From positions 1-33,654 of the forward strand of contig SKHL01000180.1 of the NCBI GenBank assembly GCA_007116995.1: a DNA stretch of 33,654 nt, written 5' to 3'. A program made the translations under genes and the position numbers. Under the pieces are notes generated by a model. It was not told where the DNA came from, searched no databases, and saw nothing but the letters and a program-made list of their open reading frames with translations. The stretch's first letter is position 1. The number at the start of each line of letters is the position of its first letter. Below are positions 1-8,158 of the stretch, in pieces. The DNA comes from Limnochordia bacterium (GTDB lineage: Bacteria; Bacillota; Limnochordia; Darwinibacteriales; DTU012).

Positions 1-269
1 GCCTCTTAACAGGAGCTTTGCTCTCCGGGTTTACCTTAGCTGTAATGATGGCTAATGCTGGTGGAGCTTGGGATAATGCTAAAAAGTTTATTGAGGAAGG
101 AAACCTCGGTGGTAAAGGATCTGATGCGCATAAAGCCGCAGTAACCGGTGACACTGTGGGAGATCCCTTCAAGGACACATCTGGCCCCTCTTTAGATATC
201 CTAATTAAGCTTATCTCTATGGTTTCTCTGGTTTTTGCATCCTTCATTGTACAAAACGCTATCTTTTAG
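1..269 (+). CDS. hppA: 3' end of membrane-bound proton/sodium-translocating pyrophosphatase (5' part lies upstream of the window)
   Basis: The frame is open from the window edge to TAG at 267-269. The tail [14 protein letters not shown]...[22 protein letters not shown] is the conserved C-terminal signature of membrane PPases. Confidence 0.85.
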   Translation, partial: LLTGALLSGFTLAVMMANAGGAWDNAKKFIEEGNLGGKGSDAHKAAVTGDTVGDPFKDTSGPSLDILIKLISMVSLVFASFIVQNAIF

Positions 270-280
270 TTGGATATCCA

Positions 281-322
281 CTGCACGCTCCTATTTTTCC
301 CAGGAACGTGCAGGTTTTTTTC
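281..322 (+). terminator. rho-independent terminator after hppA
   Basis: Stem CTGCACG (281-287) / CGTGCAG (308-314) followed by a T run (GTTTTTTT), 12 nt after the hppA stop. Confidence 0.6.
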
Positions 323-332
323 AAAAATAGGG

Positions 333-361
333 TTGACTTCAGTAACGCTTATGGGTATAAT
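333..361 (+). promoter_or_regulatory. sigma-A type promoter for tRNA-Met
   Basis: TTGACT (333-338), 17-nt spacer, TATAAT (356-361), ending 12 nt before the tRNA 5' end. Confidence 0.6.
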
Positions 362-373
362 AATCTTTGTCAT

Positions 374-450
374 GGCGGTGTAGCTCAGATGGTGAGAGCA
401 TACGGTTCATACCCGTAGTGTCGCTGGTTCAATTCCAGCCACCGCTACCA
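374..450 (+). tRNA. tRNA with CAU anticodon, elongator type (tRNA-Met; lysidine-modified tRNA-Ile2 not formally excluded)
   Basis: Cloverleaf read by eye: acceptor GGCGGTG/CACCGCT (one G-U), D arm GCTC-AGATGGTGA-GAGC, anticodon arm TACGG-TTCATAC-CCGTA, T arm GCTGG-TTCAATT-CCAGC, discriminator A, encoded CCA. It lacks the initiator features (1:72 mismatch, three G-C pairs in the anticodon stem). Confidence 0.9.
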
Positions 451-465
451 TCGATACACGAAATA

Positions 466-494
466 AACCCTCATGACTGGAGGGTTTTCTTTTT
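466..494 (+). terminator. rho-independent terminator after tRNA-Met
   Basis: Stem AACCCTC (466-472) / GAGGGTT (480-486), 7-nt loop, then TTTTCTTTTT. Confidence 0.75.
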
Positions 495-538
495 ATTTGT
501 GGAAAAGTATCAGAATGTTGGATCTGACTTCAAGCTTG

Positions 539-545
539 TTCGACA
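539..545 (-). promoter_or_regulatory. possible Spo0A box upstream of spoIIE
   Basis: TTCGACA on + is the reverse complement of the 0A-box consensus TGTCGAA, about 100 nt upstream of the spoIIE start. It is a single heptamer only. Confidence 0.3.
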
Positions 546-646
546 TAGAACATCCCTGCGATGTGTTACCCTTTATGGTAAGCCACTCGCGCACAATACC
601 TGGGATATTGTTAGGTTTTGTGAATTCATGTTTAGGGGATGATTTT

Positions 647-2716
647 ATGGAGCGGATAGAGTCGAACACAGTGCCCACGTATCGAGTAGTACCTCTATCA
701 GTCAGGCAGCGAAAGCGCACTGCTGTGACTAAGCGATGGCCTAGTATTCAAATACAATGGATGCCCATACTGATTGGATTCTTCTTGGCTAGAGCACTAT
801 TATTAAATGAACTGCTACCATTTGGTGTAGCCTATTTGGCCGCAACCAGACGACAATCTCAAGAGGTTTCTCCCGGGCCCTTTATCGGTGTGTTACTGGG
901 CTTGTTTACACTAAATGCCCCAGTGCTACTGCTACCCTATTATCTAATAGTAGGTCTGATTTGGTTTGTTGGGGGGACAAGCAAACAACGTCCGCACCAA
1001 TTTTGGATTCTATGGATTATTGTGGGTTTTCTTCTGATAAAAGCACCGATAAATCTGCTTTACCAAAGGGCAGCCATGGTTTGGATAGCCGCTCTTGCTG
1101 AATCTATGTTAGCTATTGTGGGATATAGTATCGTCATTCCTTTGTTGGAGCGGACTGCATCCCATAGCTTAGCCCATAAGGAATTACAGTTAAGCTTGCT
1201 ATTGGTGGCCGGGCTGATGGGATCTGATTTGATCATAGCCGGAATTTCGATGCGGTGGGTGATCATGTTTTATCTCATTCTGACCACTGCTCGTTTAGGG
1301 GGTGTGCTCTTAACCTTCATGGCGGGTCCAAGCCTATTAGTTGTTAGTTTATTATTGCAGATGCCCATAGAGTTTGGCACTCTTCTTGTGGTTGTTGGTG
1401 TGATGGCGGGATGCTTTCACAAAACCCCAGGAGGATTATGGCTAGGAGGTATTGTGGGCTGCCTCTTAGTTTTCCATGTTCCAATTCAGGCTCAAACAGT
1501 GGTTTGTTTTGGCTATATATTTGTGGCTGGGCTATTAGTATATATCACTCCTTGCAAACATGTCAGGAAGTTGGAGCGGATAATTCCAGGTACAGATAAA
1601 TATCTCGAGCGGCAAGCATCTCATAATACGCGGGTTCAGCAGATTTTAGAAAAACGGATTGTTCAATTCTCCCAGGTGTTTACCGAATTGGCCTCCACCT
1701 TAGATAACAGTAGTTTTGTATCTCAACAGCTAGGTACCTTTGCCAAAATCGTGGACGATCTGGGCAGGGAATTAAATACCGATGTGGAGTTTGCTGAAGC
1801 CATTGAAGAAAAGCTTTGGCAACGATTGGACTGCTATGAGCTGTCTGAATTGACAGTTCTGCAGGGTAGTGACGGACATGAAATTTGTGGGCAGCGATTA
1901 ACCCCGTGTGGTGAAGGCTGGTGTGAGCAGGTGGCTCGTGAGAGCGAGCATCTCTTAGGTGGACGATATCAAGTGGTCACACGCAACTGCACCGAACAAG
2001 ATAGTTGCGGTTTTGACATTAAACCCAAGCCGCGGTATCGGCTAGATGTACAAACGGCCAAAGTTGCACAAGGAAAAGTATCTGGAGACAGTGATATTGT
2101 GTTTCCGTTATCAGCTGGAAAGGTCGGTCTATTAGTGAGTGACGGCATGGGTACTGGAGAACGTGCAGCGGCCGACAGTCTTGCTACTATCCGACTGCTT
2201 GAGAAACTCATACGTATGGGATATGATCGGGAACTAGGGGTTAAGATCATTAATCAGACGCTATTAACGAGGAATAGGGACGAGTCTTTTGTCACGATTG
2301 ATCTTGTTGTGGTAGATACGCAAAATGGTCAATTAGAGTTTGTTAAAATTGGTGCTGCACCTAGTTTTATCAAGCGTGGATATGATATTGAAGTAATTCA
2401 GAATTACGCCCTGCCCGTTGGAATTCTGCACCATGTAGACGTAGAACCGGAGAGACGACTCTTGAAAGAGGGCGATTTCTTGGTGATGGTTACCGATGGT
2501 GTTTTGGAATCGCAACGAGAATTAACTAATAAAGACGAGTGGTTATGTAGCCTGTTACGACGAGTTGATGATGACATTAGTTGTCAGGAGTTAGCTAGTA
2601 GTGTGTTAGCCCAGAGCTTACAGACCACCAAAGGAGAAGTACAGGATGATATGATGGTTCTAGTAACTAGATTAGTCAAGGAAGATCCAGAAATCTATTC
2701 ATATCGGGGGAATTAA
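647..2716 (+). CDS. spoIIE: stage II sporulation protein E (membrane PP2C phosphatase), 689 aa
   Basis: ATG at 647 is preceded by AGGGGA (634-639). The ORF-track start at 473 would run through the tRNA terminator. The protein has a polytopic hydrophobic N-terminal half and a PP2C domain (VSGDSDIV, LLVSDGMGTGERAA, SFVTIDLVVVD, DDMMVLV). It sits upstream of tilS-ftsH as in Bacillus. Confidence 0.85.
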   Translation: MERIESNTVPTYRVVPLSVRQRKRTAVTKRWPSIQIQWMPILIGFFLARALLLNELLPFGVAYLAATRRQSQEVSPGPFIGVLLGLFTLNAPVLLLPYYLIVGLIWFVGGTSKQRPHQFWILWIIVGFLLIKAPINLLYQRAAMVWIAALAESMLAIVGYSIVIPLLERTASHSLAHKELQLSLLLVAGLMGSDLIIAGISMRWVIMFYLILTTARLGGVLLTFMAGPSLLVVSLLLQMPIEFGTLLVVVGVMAGCFHKTPGGLWLGGIVGCLLVFHVPIQAQTVVCFGYIFVAGLLVYITPCKHVRKLERIIPGTDKYLERQASHNTRVQQILEKRIVQFSQVFTELASTLDNSSFVSQQLGTFAKIVDDLGRELNTDVEFAEAIEEKLWQRLDCYELSELTVLQGSDGHEICGQRLTPCGEGWCEQVARESEHLLGGRYQVVTRNCTEQDSCGFDIKPKPRYRLDVQTAKVAQGKVSGDSDIVFPLSAGKVGLLVSDGMGTGERAAADSLATIRLLEKLIRMGYDRELGVKIINQTLLTRNRDESFVTIDLVVVDTQNGQLEFVKIGAAPSFIKRGYDIEVIQNYALPVGILHHVDVEPERRLLKEGDFLVMVTDGVLESQRELTNKDEWLCSLLRRVDDDISCQELASSVLAQSLQTTKGEVQDDMMVLVTRLVKEDPEIYSYRGN

Positions 2717-2721
2717 TTAAC

Positions 2722-4110
2722 GTGGGACGTAAGCTAAAGGATGTTTTTTTAGACACAATCCAATCATTTTCCATGGTTACCCCTAAGGATAAGCTGTTAG
2801 TAGCTGTAAGTGGAGGTCCTGATTCCATGGCTTTATTGCACCTCTGCACCCACTATCTTCAGGTTCCTGTAGGGGTATTTCATCTTAATCATGGATTTAG
2901 AGAGAGTGCGGAAGATGAGGCTGTCTTTGTGGAAAAAATGGCAAATAGCTGGAGTGTGGATAGTCACATTTACCGATATAATGTAGTAGAATATTTGGAA
3001 CGTACGGGTGAGTCTAGCCAAGAGGGTGCTCGCAATGTACGCTATTCCTTATTGCAAGACTGTGTATCGCAATATGGGTACACGAAAGTGGTTACCGGGC
3101 ATCACGCACACGATCAAGGTGAAACTGTGCTGATGCGTATCCTACGGGGTAGCGGGGTTTTGGGTCTAGCAGGGATAAAACCAATACGTGATCAATACAT
3201 TCGGCCATTATTATTTAGTCCTAAGGCAGAGATACTAGCCTACTGCGAGGAAAATCAAATAGCTTATTGTCAAGACGAGTCCAATTTCAGTGATAAGTAC
3301 TTTCGGAATAAGATTCGCTTAGATTTGCTCCCCTATCTAGAACGGGAATATAGTCCGCAGATCTATAAGCAGTTATGTAATCTAGCAGAAACTGCTCGTG
3401 CAGATGATTTAGAATTGCACCAGCAGGCTCAGGCACTGTTTTCCCGTTTAACCTGGCAGGAAGAAGAACGGATCTATTTAGACCGCCGCTGTTTTCAAAA
3501 AGCATCCCTATCCATGCAACGACGACTATTGCGACTATGTTTCGTTCATGGGCTAGGTAATGCAGGATCATTAGATTTTGATCATATTGAAGAACTAAGA
3601 AAGAAAGTACTGGCTAAGGGGCCGTTTTCTGTAGAGTTACCCTTAATAAACGTAACTGGAACTGCGAATACTGTAATATTTGGCATCCCAGAGAGAAACC
3701 GCTGGGATGCTAGACCACTCGCTCTACCGGGGCAGGTAACAGTGGGTCGGTTCCGAATCACTGCTCGTATCTTTTCGCTTCGAGATTCAGAGATCCGCTC
3801 AGATAATTGTGAAGACTTCGCACTTGAGGATCTGCATTTTCCCTTGGAAATCCGGCCACGCCGGCCTGGCGATCGGCTGCAAGTATTTGGGCAACAAGGA
3901 ACGAAAAAAGTTAAGGATATTCTCATCAATGAGAAGATTCCTCTGCATTTACGGGATGAATTACCTCTCGTATGTGATCAGATGGGGATCCTCTGGATCT
4001 GTGGGGTAAGACGTAGTGAACTAGGGCGAATCAGTAAGGATACTAGGGAGATAGTAAGATTGTCTATTGATGATGTAAATCATTGTCACAGTGTCAACCC
4101 TGTGCTATAA
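2722..4110 (+). CDS. tilS: tRNA(Ile)-lysidine synthetase, 462 aa
   Basis: GTG start 6 nt after the spoIIE stop. PP-loop motif LLVAVSGGPDS about 25 aa from the N-terminus. Length and position upstream of ftsH are typical. Confidence 0.9.
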   Translation: MGRKLKDVFLDTIQSFSMVTPKDKLLVAVSGGPDSMALLHLCTHYLQVPVGVFHLNHGFRESAEDEAVFVEKMANSWSVDSHIYRYNVVEYLERTGESSQEGARNVRYSLLQDCVSQYGYTKVVTGHHAHDQGETVLMRILRGSGVLGLAGIKPIRDQYIRPLLFSPKAEILAYCEENQIAYCQDESNFSDKYFRNKIRLDLLPYLEREYSPQIYKQLCNLAETARADDLELHQQAQALFSRLTWQEEERIYLDRRCFQKASLSMQRRLLRLCFVHGLGNAGSLDFDHIEELRKKVLAKGPFSVELPLINVTGTANTVIFGIPERNRWDARPLALPGQVTVGRFRITARIFSLRDSEIRSDNCEDFALEDLHFPLEIRPRRPGDRLQVFGQQGTKKVKDILINEKIPLHLRDELPLVCDQMGILWICGVRRSELGRISKDTREIVRLSIDDVNHCHSVNPVL

Positions 4111-4111
4111 T
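4083..4111 (+). promoter_or_regulatory. candidate sigma-A promoter for ftsH inside the tilS 3' end
   Basis: TTGTCA (4083-4088), 17-nt spacer, TGcTATAAT extended -10 (TATAAT at 4106-4111). Confidence 0.45.
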
Positions 4112-4166
4112 GAAGTGACATGGTAAGAATACTGCTGATGTGATATATTCGAGAGGAGGGCATATT

Positions 4167-6080
4167 TTGAATAAATTTTTACGGGGAATTAGTCTTTATT
4201 TGCTATTAGCAATTATTATGGTTTCCATTTTTAGTAGTCTATACTCACCTGGTGACTCTGCTCGTGAGCTATCTTATTCTGAGCTTGTTCGCCATTTAGA
4301 TAATAACCAGATAGTATCGGTTCGCATGATTGGTGAACAACGAGTAGAAGGCACGTTACAGGACGGAACCATATTTATATCATCTGTGCCATTTGGTAAG
4401 ATGGCCGAGTTAAGTGATATGTTAATAGCCCGTAATGTTCAGGTAACAGCTGAGGCTCCAGCGTCACCATCCTGGTTTATAGCATTATTGCCAAATATTA
4501 TTACTTTGGTTATTTTTGTGGCAATCTGGTTGTTCATTTTGAATCAAATGCAAGGTGGGAGTAATCGCGCCATGTCTTTTGGTAAGAGTAGAGCGAAGTT
4601 GCATTCCGAGGATAAGCCAGGTGTATCCTTTAATGATGTGGCAGGGGTTGATGAAGCCAAGCAAGAATTAGTAGAGATAGTTGATTTCTTAAAACAACCA
4701 AAGAAGTTTGCTGATCTTGGTGCTAAGATACCGAAAGGGGTCTTGTTGATCGGACCACCAGGAACAGGAAAGACCTTACTCGCCCGGGCTGTAGCTGGGG
4801 AGGCAGGCGTACCATTCTTTAGTATTAGTGGTTCGGAATTCGTGGAGATGTTTGTCGGTGTAGGTGCATCTCGAGTGCGCGATCTGTTTGAAAATGCAAA
4901 GAAGAACGCACCGTGTCTAATCTTTATTGATGAGTTAGATGCAGTAGGGCGCCAACGAGGCGCAGGTCTTGGTGGTGGTCATGATGAACGAGAACAAACT
5001 TTAAACCAGTTATTAGTAGAAATGGATGGGTTTGAAACCAATTCTGGGATAATTATAATGGCAGCCACGAATCGTTCTGATGTATTGGATCCTGCGTTAC
5101 TTCGTCCAGGTCGATTTGATCGCAAGGTAATCGTAGATCGTCCGGATTTGGCAGGTCGGAAAGCTATCCTGGAAATTCATGCCCGCCATAAGCCATTAGT
5201 GGATGTGGACTTTGATATCTTAGCTCGACGCACACCTGGATTTGCTGGTGCTGATCTAGAAAATCTCCTAAATGAAGCAGCTATTCTAGCAGCTAGAAAT
5301 AATAAACGTAAAGTGGGTATGATAGAGTGTGAAGAATCGATTGACCGAGTAGTTATGGGGCCTGAGAAGAAGAATCGGATTCTAACTCAACGGGATAAAG
5401 AGGTCTTTGCCTATCATGAGGCGGGTCATGCAGTTGTAGCGTATTATCTTCCCCAGGGAGACCCGGTTCACAAGGTGAGTATTATTGGTCGAGGTATGGC
5501 TGCTGGATATACAATGACATTACCAGAGGAAGAACGGTTTGTTACTACTAAGTCCAAGTTAGTTGATGATTTAACGGATTTACTTGGAGGTCGAGCAGCG
5601 GAAGCTATTGCCCTTAATGAGTCAAGTACAGGGGCACAAAATGATTTAGAGCGCTCTACCAAAATTGCTCGAAAAATGGTAATGGAGTGGGGTATGAGCG
5701 AGAAATTAGGACCGCTAACATTTGGTCGTCCTAGCGGCGAGGATTTAGTATTCTTAGGAAGAGATATTTCTAGAGATAGAAACTATAGTGAAGAAGTAGC
5801 CGCCACTATTGATAGCGAAGTTCACACTCTTGTTGAAGGATGTTACCAAACAGCTTTGAAGATTCTCTCGGATCATCGAGATCGGCTAGACGCCCTAGTT
5901 GGTTCGCTTAAGGAACGTGAGACCATCAATAAAGCACAGTTTGAAGCTATTATGGAAGGCAAGGAGCTTCCTTGTGACGATGAGTGTTCGAGTGAGAATG
6001 TCGCCGCCGTTAAGGAAGATAGCAAACAGAAGGACCGTGTTGTTAAGACAAAACAAGAACCCGCTATAGGCTTAGAGTAA
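4167..6080 (+). CDS. ftsH: ATP-dependent zinc metalloprotease FtsH, 637 aa
   Basis: TTG at 4167 lies 6 nt after GGAGGG (4155-4160) and gives [14 protein letters not shown], matching the usual FtsH N-terminus. Walker A GPPGTGKT, second region of homology, and zinc site HEAGHAV are present. Confidence 0.95.
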   Translation: MNKFLRGISLYLLLAIIMVSIFSSLYSPGDSARELSYSELVRHLDNNQIVSVRMIGEQRVEGTLQDGTIFISSVPFGKMAELSDMLIARNVQVTAEAPASPSWFIALLPNIITLVIFVAIWLFILNQMQGGSNRAMSFGKSRAKLHSEDKPGVSFNDVAGVDEAKQELVEIVDFLKQPKKFADLGAKIPKGVLLIGPPGTGKTLLARAVAGEAGVPFFSISGSEFVEMFVGVGASRVRDLFENAKKNAPCLIFIDELDAVGRQRGAGLGGGHDEREQTLNQLLVEMDGFETNSGIIIMAATNRSDVLDPALLRPGRFDRKVIVDRPDLAGRKAILEIHARHKPLVDVDFDILARRTPGFAGADLENLLNEAAILAARNNKRKVGMIECEESIDRVVMGPEKKNRILTQRDKEVFAYHEAGHAVVAYYLPQGDPVHKVSIIGRGMAAGYTMTLPEEERFVTTKSKLVDDLTDLLGGRAAEAIALNESSTGAQNDLERSTKIARKMVMEWGMSEKLGPLTFGRPSGEDLVFLGRDISRDRNYSEEVAATIDSEVHTLVEGCYQTALKILSDHRDRLDALVGSLKERETINKAQFEAIMEGKELPCDDECSSENVAAVKEDSKQKDRVVKTKQEPAIGLE

Positions 6081-6100
6081 TATATAGTGCAAAGCAATTC

Positions 6101-6129
6101 CTAGTCGTCCCTCGAGTTGGGACGGCTAG
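6101..6129 (+). other. 11-bp stem-loop downstream of ftsH without a U tract
   Basis: CTAGTCGTCCC (6101-6111) pairs with GGGACGGCTAG (6119-6129), one G-U, 7-nt loop. No T run follows, so it is a weak terminator or an RNA stability/processing element. Confidence 0.4.
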
Positions 6130-6184
6130 CCTAATAGATCTAAATTGTATGAAGGCAAAAGCGTTTGAAGGGAGCTGTGTGTAA

Positions 6185-6544
6185 GTGTCGGACAAATTAG
6201 TACTGCAGAATATGACGTTTTATGGGTATCATGGGGCCTTTGCAGCTGAAAAGGAAGTTGGACAAAAGTTTGCAGTGGACTTGGAGGTACATACAGATAT
6301 ACAGAACCTAGGAGATGACACAGAGCTGGCCTTTAATTACGTAGATGCATATACTATGGTTAAGGAAATCGTTGAAGAGCGGGAGTTTAGCCTTGTGGAA
6401 ACACTAGCAGAAACGATCGCAACCCAAATAGTATCTATGTATGATGTAAAAGAAGTCGTTGTGAGAGTTCGCAAAATGCAAGTACCTGTTGGCGGCTATT
6501 TAGATTATCTAGAAGTAGAAATATGTCGATCTGGAATCAAGTGA
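6185..6544 (+). CDS. folB: dihydroneopterin aldolase, 119 aa
   Basis: GTG start 10 nt after GGGAG. The N-terminus LQNMTFYGYHGAFAAEKEVGQKFAVDLEV matches the FolB signature (xFxGxHGVxxxExxxGQxFxVD). Confidence 0.85.
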   Translation: MSDKLVLQNMTFYGYHGAFAAEKEVGQKFAVDLEVHTDIQNLGDDTELAFNYVDAYTMVKEIVEEREFSLVETLAETIATQIVSMYDVKEVVVRVRKMQVPVGGYLDYLEVEICRSGIK

Positions 6545-6545
6545 G

Positions 6546-6578
6546 ATAAAACCCGCCTAATTTAGGCGGGTTTTATCT
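6546..6578. terminator. bidirectional rho-independent terminator between convergent folB and the protease gene
   Basis: Perfect palindrome TAAAACCCGCCTAA (6547-6560) / TTAGGCGGGTTTTA (6562-6575), with an A run on one side and a T run on the other. Confidence 0.8.
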
Positions 6579-6597
6579 TACAATCAGAAAGCCTATG

Positions 6598-7836
6598 TCA
6601 GCGAAAATCTACGGGAACATCTCCAAGTGTTACTCGGATGAACATGGTTTTACCTTGGCGAACCACAGTTAGAAGCAGATCGTCACCAGGCTCTTGATTC
6701 AGGATGACATTGGCAAAGTCTTGGTACTCAATAATTGCAGTGTCATCCACTCGGCGGATGATATCAAAGGGCTGCAAGCCGCTTTCGTATGCTGGGGATC
6801 CTTCAATCACATCACCAATCATAATACCCTTTGTATCCGGTAGTTCAAAGTGAGTCATCGCATCTTCAGAAACAGGTCCGTAGAGGATGCCTAACCATGC
6901 TCGTGGAGGAAGTTTATGCTCAACTCCACCTGTCTCGATTAACTCTTCGAGTACATCTTTCGCTACATTGATCGGAATAGCAAAGCCAATCCCTTGGGCT
7001 TGGGCATGAACAGCGGTGTTTATACCGATAACCTCGCCTTGAATATTTAATAAAGGACCACCGGAGTTGCCTCGGTTAATAGCGGCATCTGTCTGCATTA
7101 AATTGGAGTATACCTGTGCTGCTCCGCTGTCTGTGCGGATGGTAATTTCCCGGCCTTTCGCACTCAGCACGCCTACAGTTACCGTATGTTCAAATTGTTT
7201 TCCGTAGGGATTACCAATGGCAATCACCCATTCGCCAGGGCGAGATAGATCAGAGTCGCCTAACGTAACAGAGGGGAACTGTTTTTCGCTTACGATCTGC
7301 AGTACGGCCAAGTCTAACTTAGAATCGGATCCAAGAATCTTTGCCTCATAGTCCCCGCTTATTCCAGGAGCATTAATCGTAACGGTAATTTCTTGATTAT
7401 CCCCAATGTTTCCTACCACATGTTGGTTGGTTAAGACTACGCCAGAGGGATCGATAATAAATCCGGTTCCCTGGCTCATTGGTGGGGTTTGCGGAGCTCG
7501 TGGTGTTGGGAAGGGTGAAAAGAACCAGCTATCAAATAGATCTTGGAAAGGATCACTAGGTGGGCGGCTGGTTTGCTTAGGCCATTGTGCACTAATATAA
7601 ACAATGGCTGGGCTGGTTGACTCAGCAATGTCTGCGATAACATAAGGATTTCCGCTCAGTGCGGAATACATTGCTACATCCCCTCGTAATTCGTTAGTAT
7701 CTGGAATTGTACTATCTACCCCAGAGTCTCCCTGTGCAAAGGTGTTGTTTACTAAAGCGTGACTGAATAACACGTAACCTGAAACGACTAACACAAGAGA
7801 AAGTACGAGAATAGGAAATAGTTTTTTTGCTTTCAT
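6598..7836 (-). CDS. htrA: HtrA/DegP-family trypsin-like serine protease with N-terminal membrane anchor and one PDZ domain, 412 aa
   Basis: ATG at 7836 is preceded by GGGGAGGA. The N-terminus MKAKKLFPILVLSLVLVV is a signal anchor. Catalytic motifs TNQHVV (His), DLAVLQI (Asp) and GNSGGPLLN (Ser) are present, with a C-terminal PDZ-like region. The ORF-track start at 7992 is a spurious TTG extension. Confidence 0.85.
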   Translation of the reverse strand: MKAKKLFPILVLSLVLVVSGYVLFSHALVNNTFAQGDSGVDSTIPDTNELRGDVAMYSALSGNPYVIADIAESTSPAIVYISAQWPKQTSRPPSDPFQDLFDSWFFSPFPTPRAPQTPPMSQGTGFIIDPSGVVLTNQHVVGNIGDNQEITVTINAPGISGDYEAKILGSDSKLDLAVLQIVSEKQFPSVTLGDSDLSRPGEWVIAIGNPYGKQFEHTVTVGVLSAKGREITIRTDSGAAQVYSNLMQTDAAINRGNSGGPLLNIQGEVIGINTAVHAQAQGIGFAIPINVAKDVLEELIETGGVEHKLPPRAWLGILYGPVSEDAMTHFELPDTKGIMIGDVIEGSPAYESGLQPFDIIRRVDDTAIIEYQDFANVILNQEPGDDLLLTVVRQGKTMFIRVTLGDVPVDFR

Positions 7837-8003
7837 GGAAATCCTCCCCTTTTCTGATATATTGGGTAAATAATCCTTGCCTAGTGTAGGTTTTCGCTGG
7901 TCCCTCCTTTCTAGTAAAAATAAATGACTGACAGGGTAACTAGGGACTTGTATAGTGCTTCGATTTTTGACGGTATAATTTGAGGGTTTCAAGGCGATAC
8001 TTG

Positions 8004-8032
8004 TTGAATTTTTCCTGAGAATTGTTTACAAT
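8004..8032 (+). promoter_or_regulatory. sigma-A type promoter for selC
   Basis: TTGAAT (8004-8009), 17-nt spacer, TACAAT (8027-8032), ending 6 nt before tRNA-Sec nucleotide 1. Confidence 0.55.
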
Positions 8033-8038
8033 ATGTGT

Positions 8039-8138
8039 GGGGGAATATGAGTCCCTGGTGGGTTCCGCAGGCTTCAAACCTGTTTGGGGGGCCGCATAAG
8101 CTGTCCTCGGTGGGTTCGATTCCCATATTCTCCCGCCA
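8039..8138 (+). tRNA. selC: selenocysteine tRNA (anticodon UCA)
   Basis: Folded by eye. 8-bp acceptor GGGGGAAT/ATTCTCCC (one G-U). 6-bp D stem GAGTCC/GGGTTC. Anticodon arm GCAGG-CTTCAAA-CCTGT (TCA at 8074-8076). About 26-nt variable arm with a 6-bp stem. 5-bp T arm GTGGG-TTCGATT-CCCAT. Discriminator G, encoded CCA. This is the 8+5 geometry typical of bacterial tRNA-Sec, and selB/selA are adjacent. Confidence 0.85.
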
Positions 8139-8158
8139 GTTAAACTGCGATACCTGGT

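Noticed and set aside
367-642. The 91-aa + strand ORF, plus the first 58 codons of the 473..2716 ORF.
   Set aside because: They run through the tRNA-Met gene and its terminator. The real spoIIE start is the SD-preceded ATG at 647.
6081-6184. Possible folate (THF) riboswitch in front of folB.
   Set aside because: There is only one simple hairpin (6101-6129). The length and sequence do not resemble the THF aptamer as I remember it. It more likely marks the 3' end of ftsH.
7837-7992. N-terminal 52-codon extension of the protease ORF (TTG at 7992).
   Set aside because: The internal ATG at 7836 has a strong SD and begins a canonical signal anchor. The extension has no SD and no protease-family similarity.
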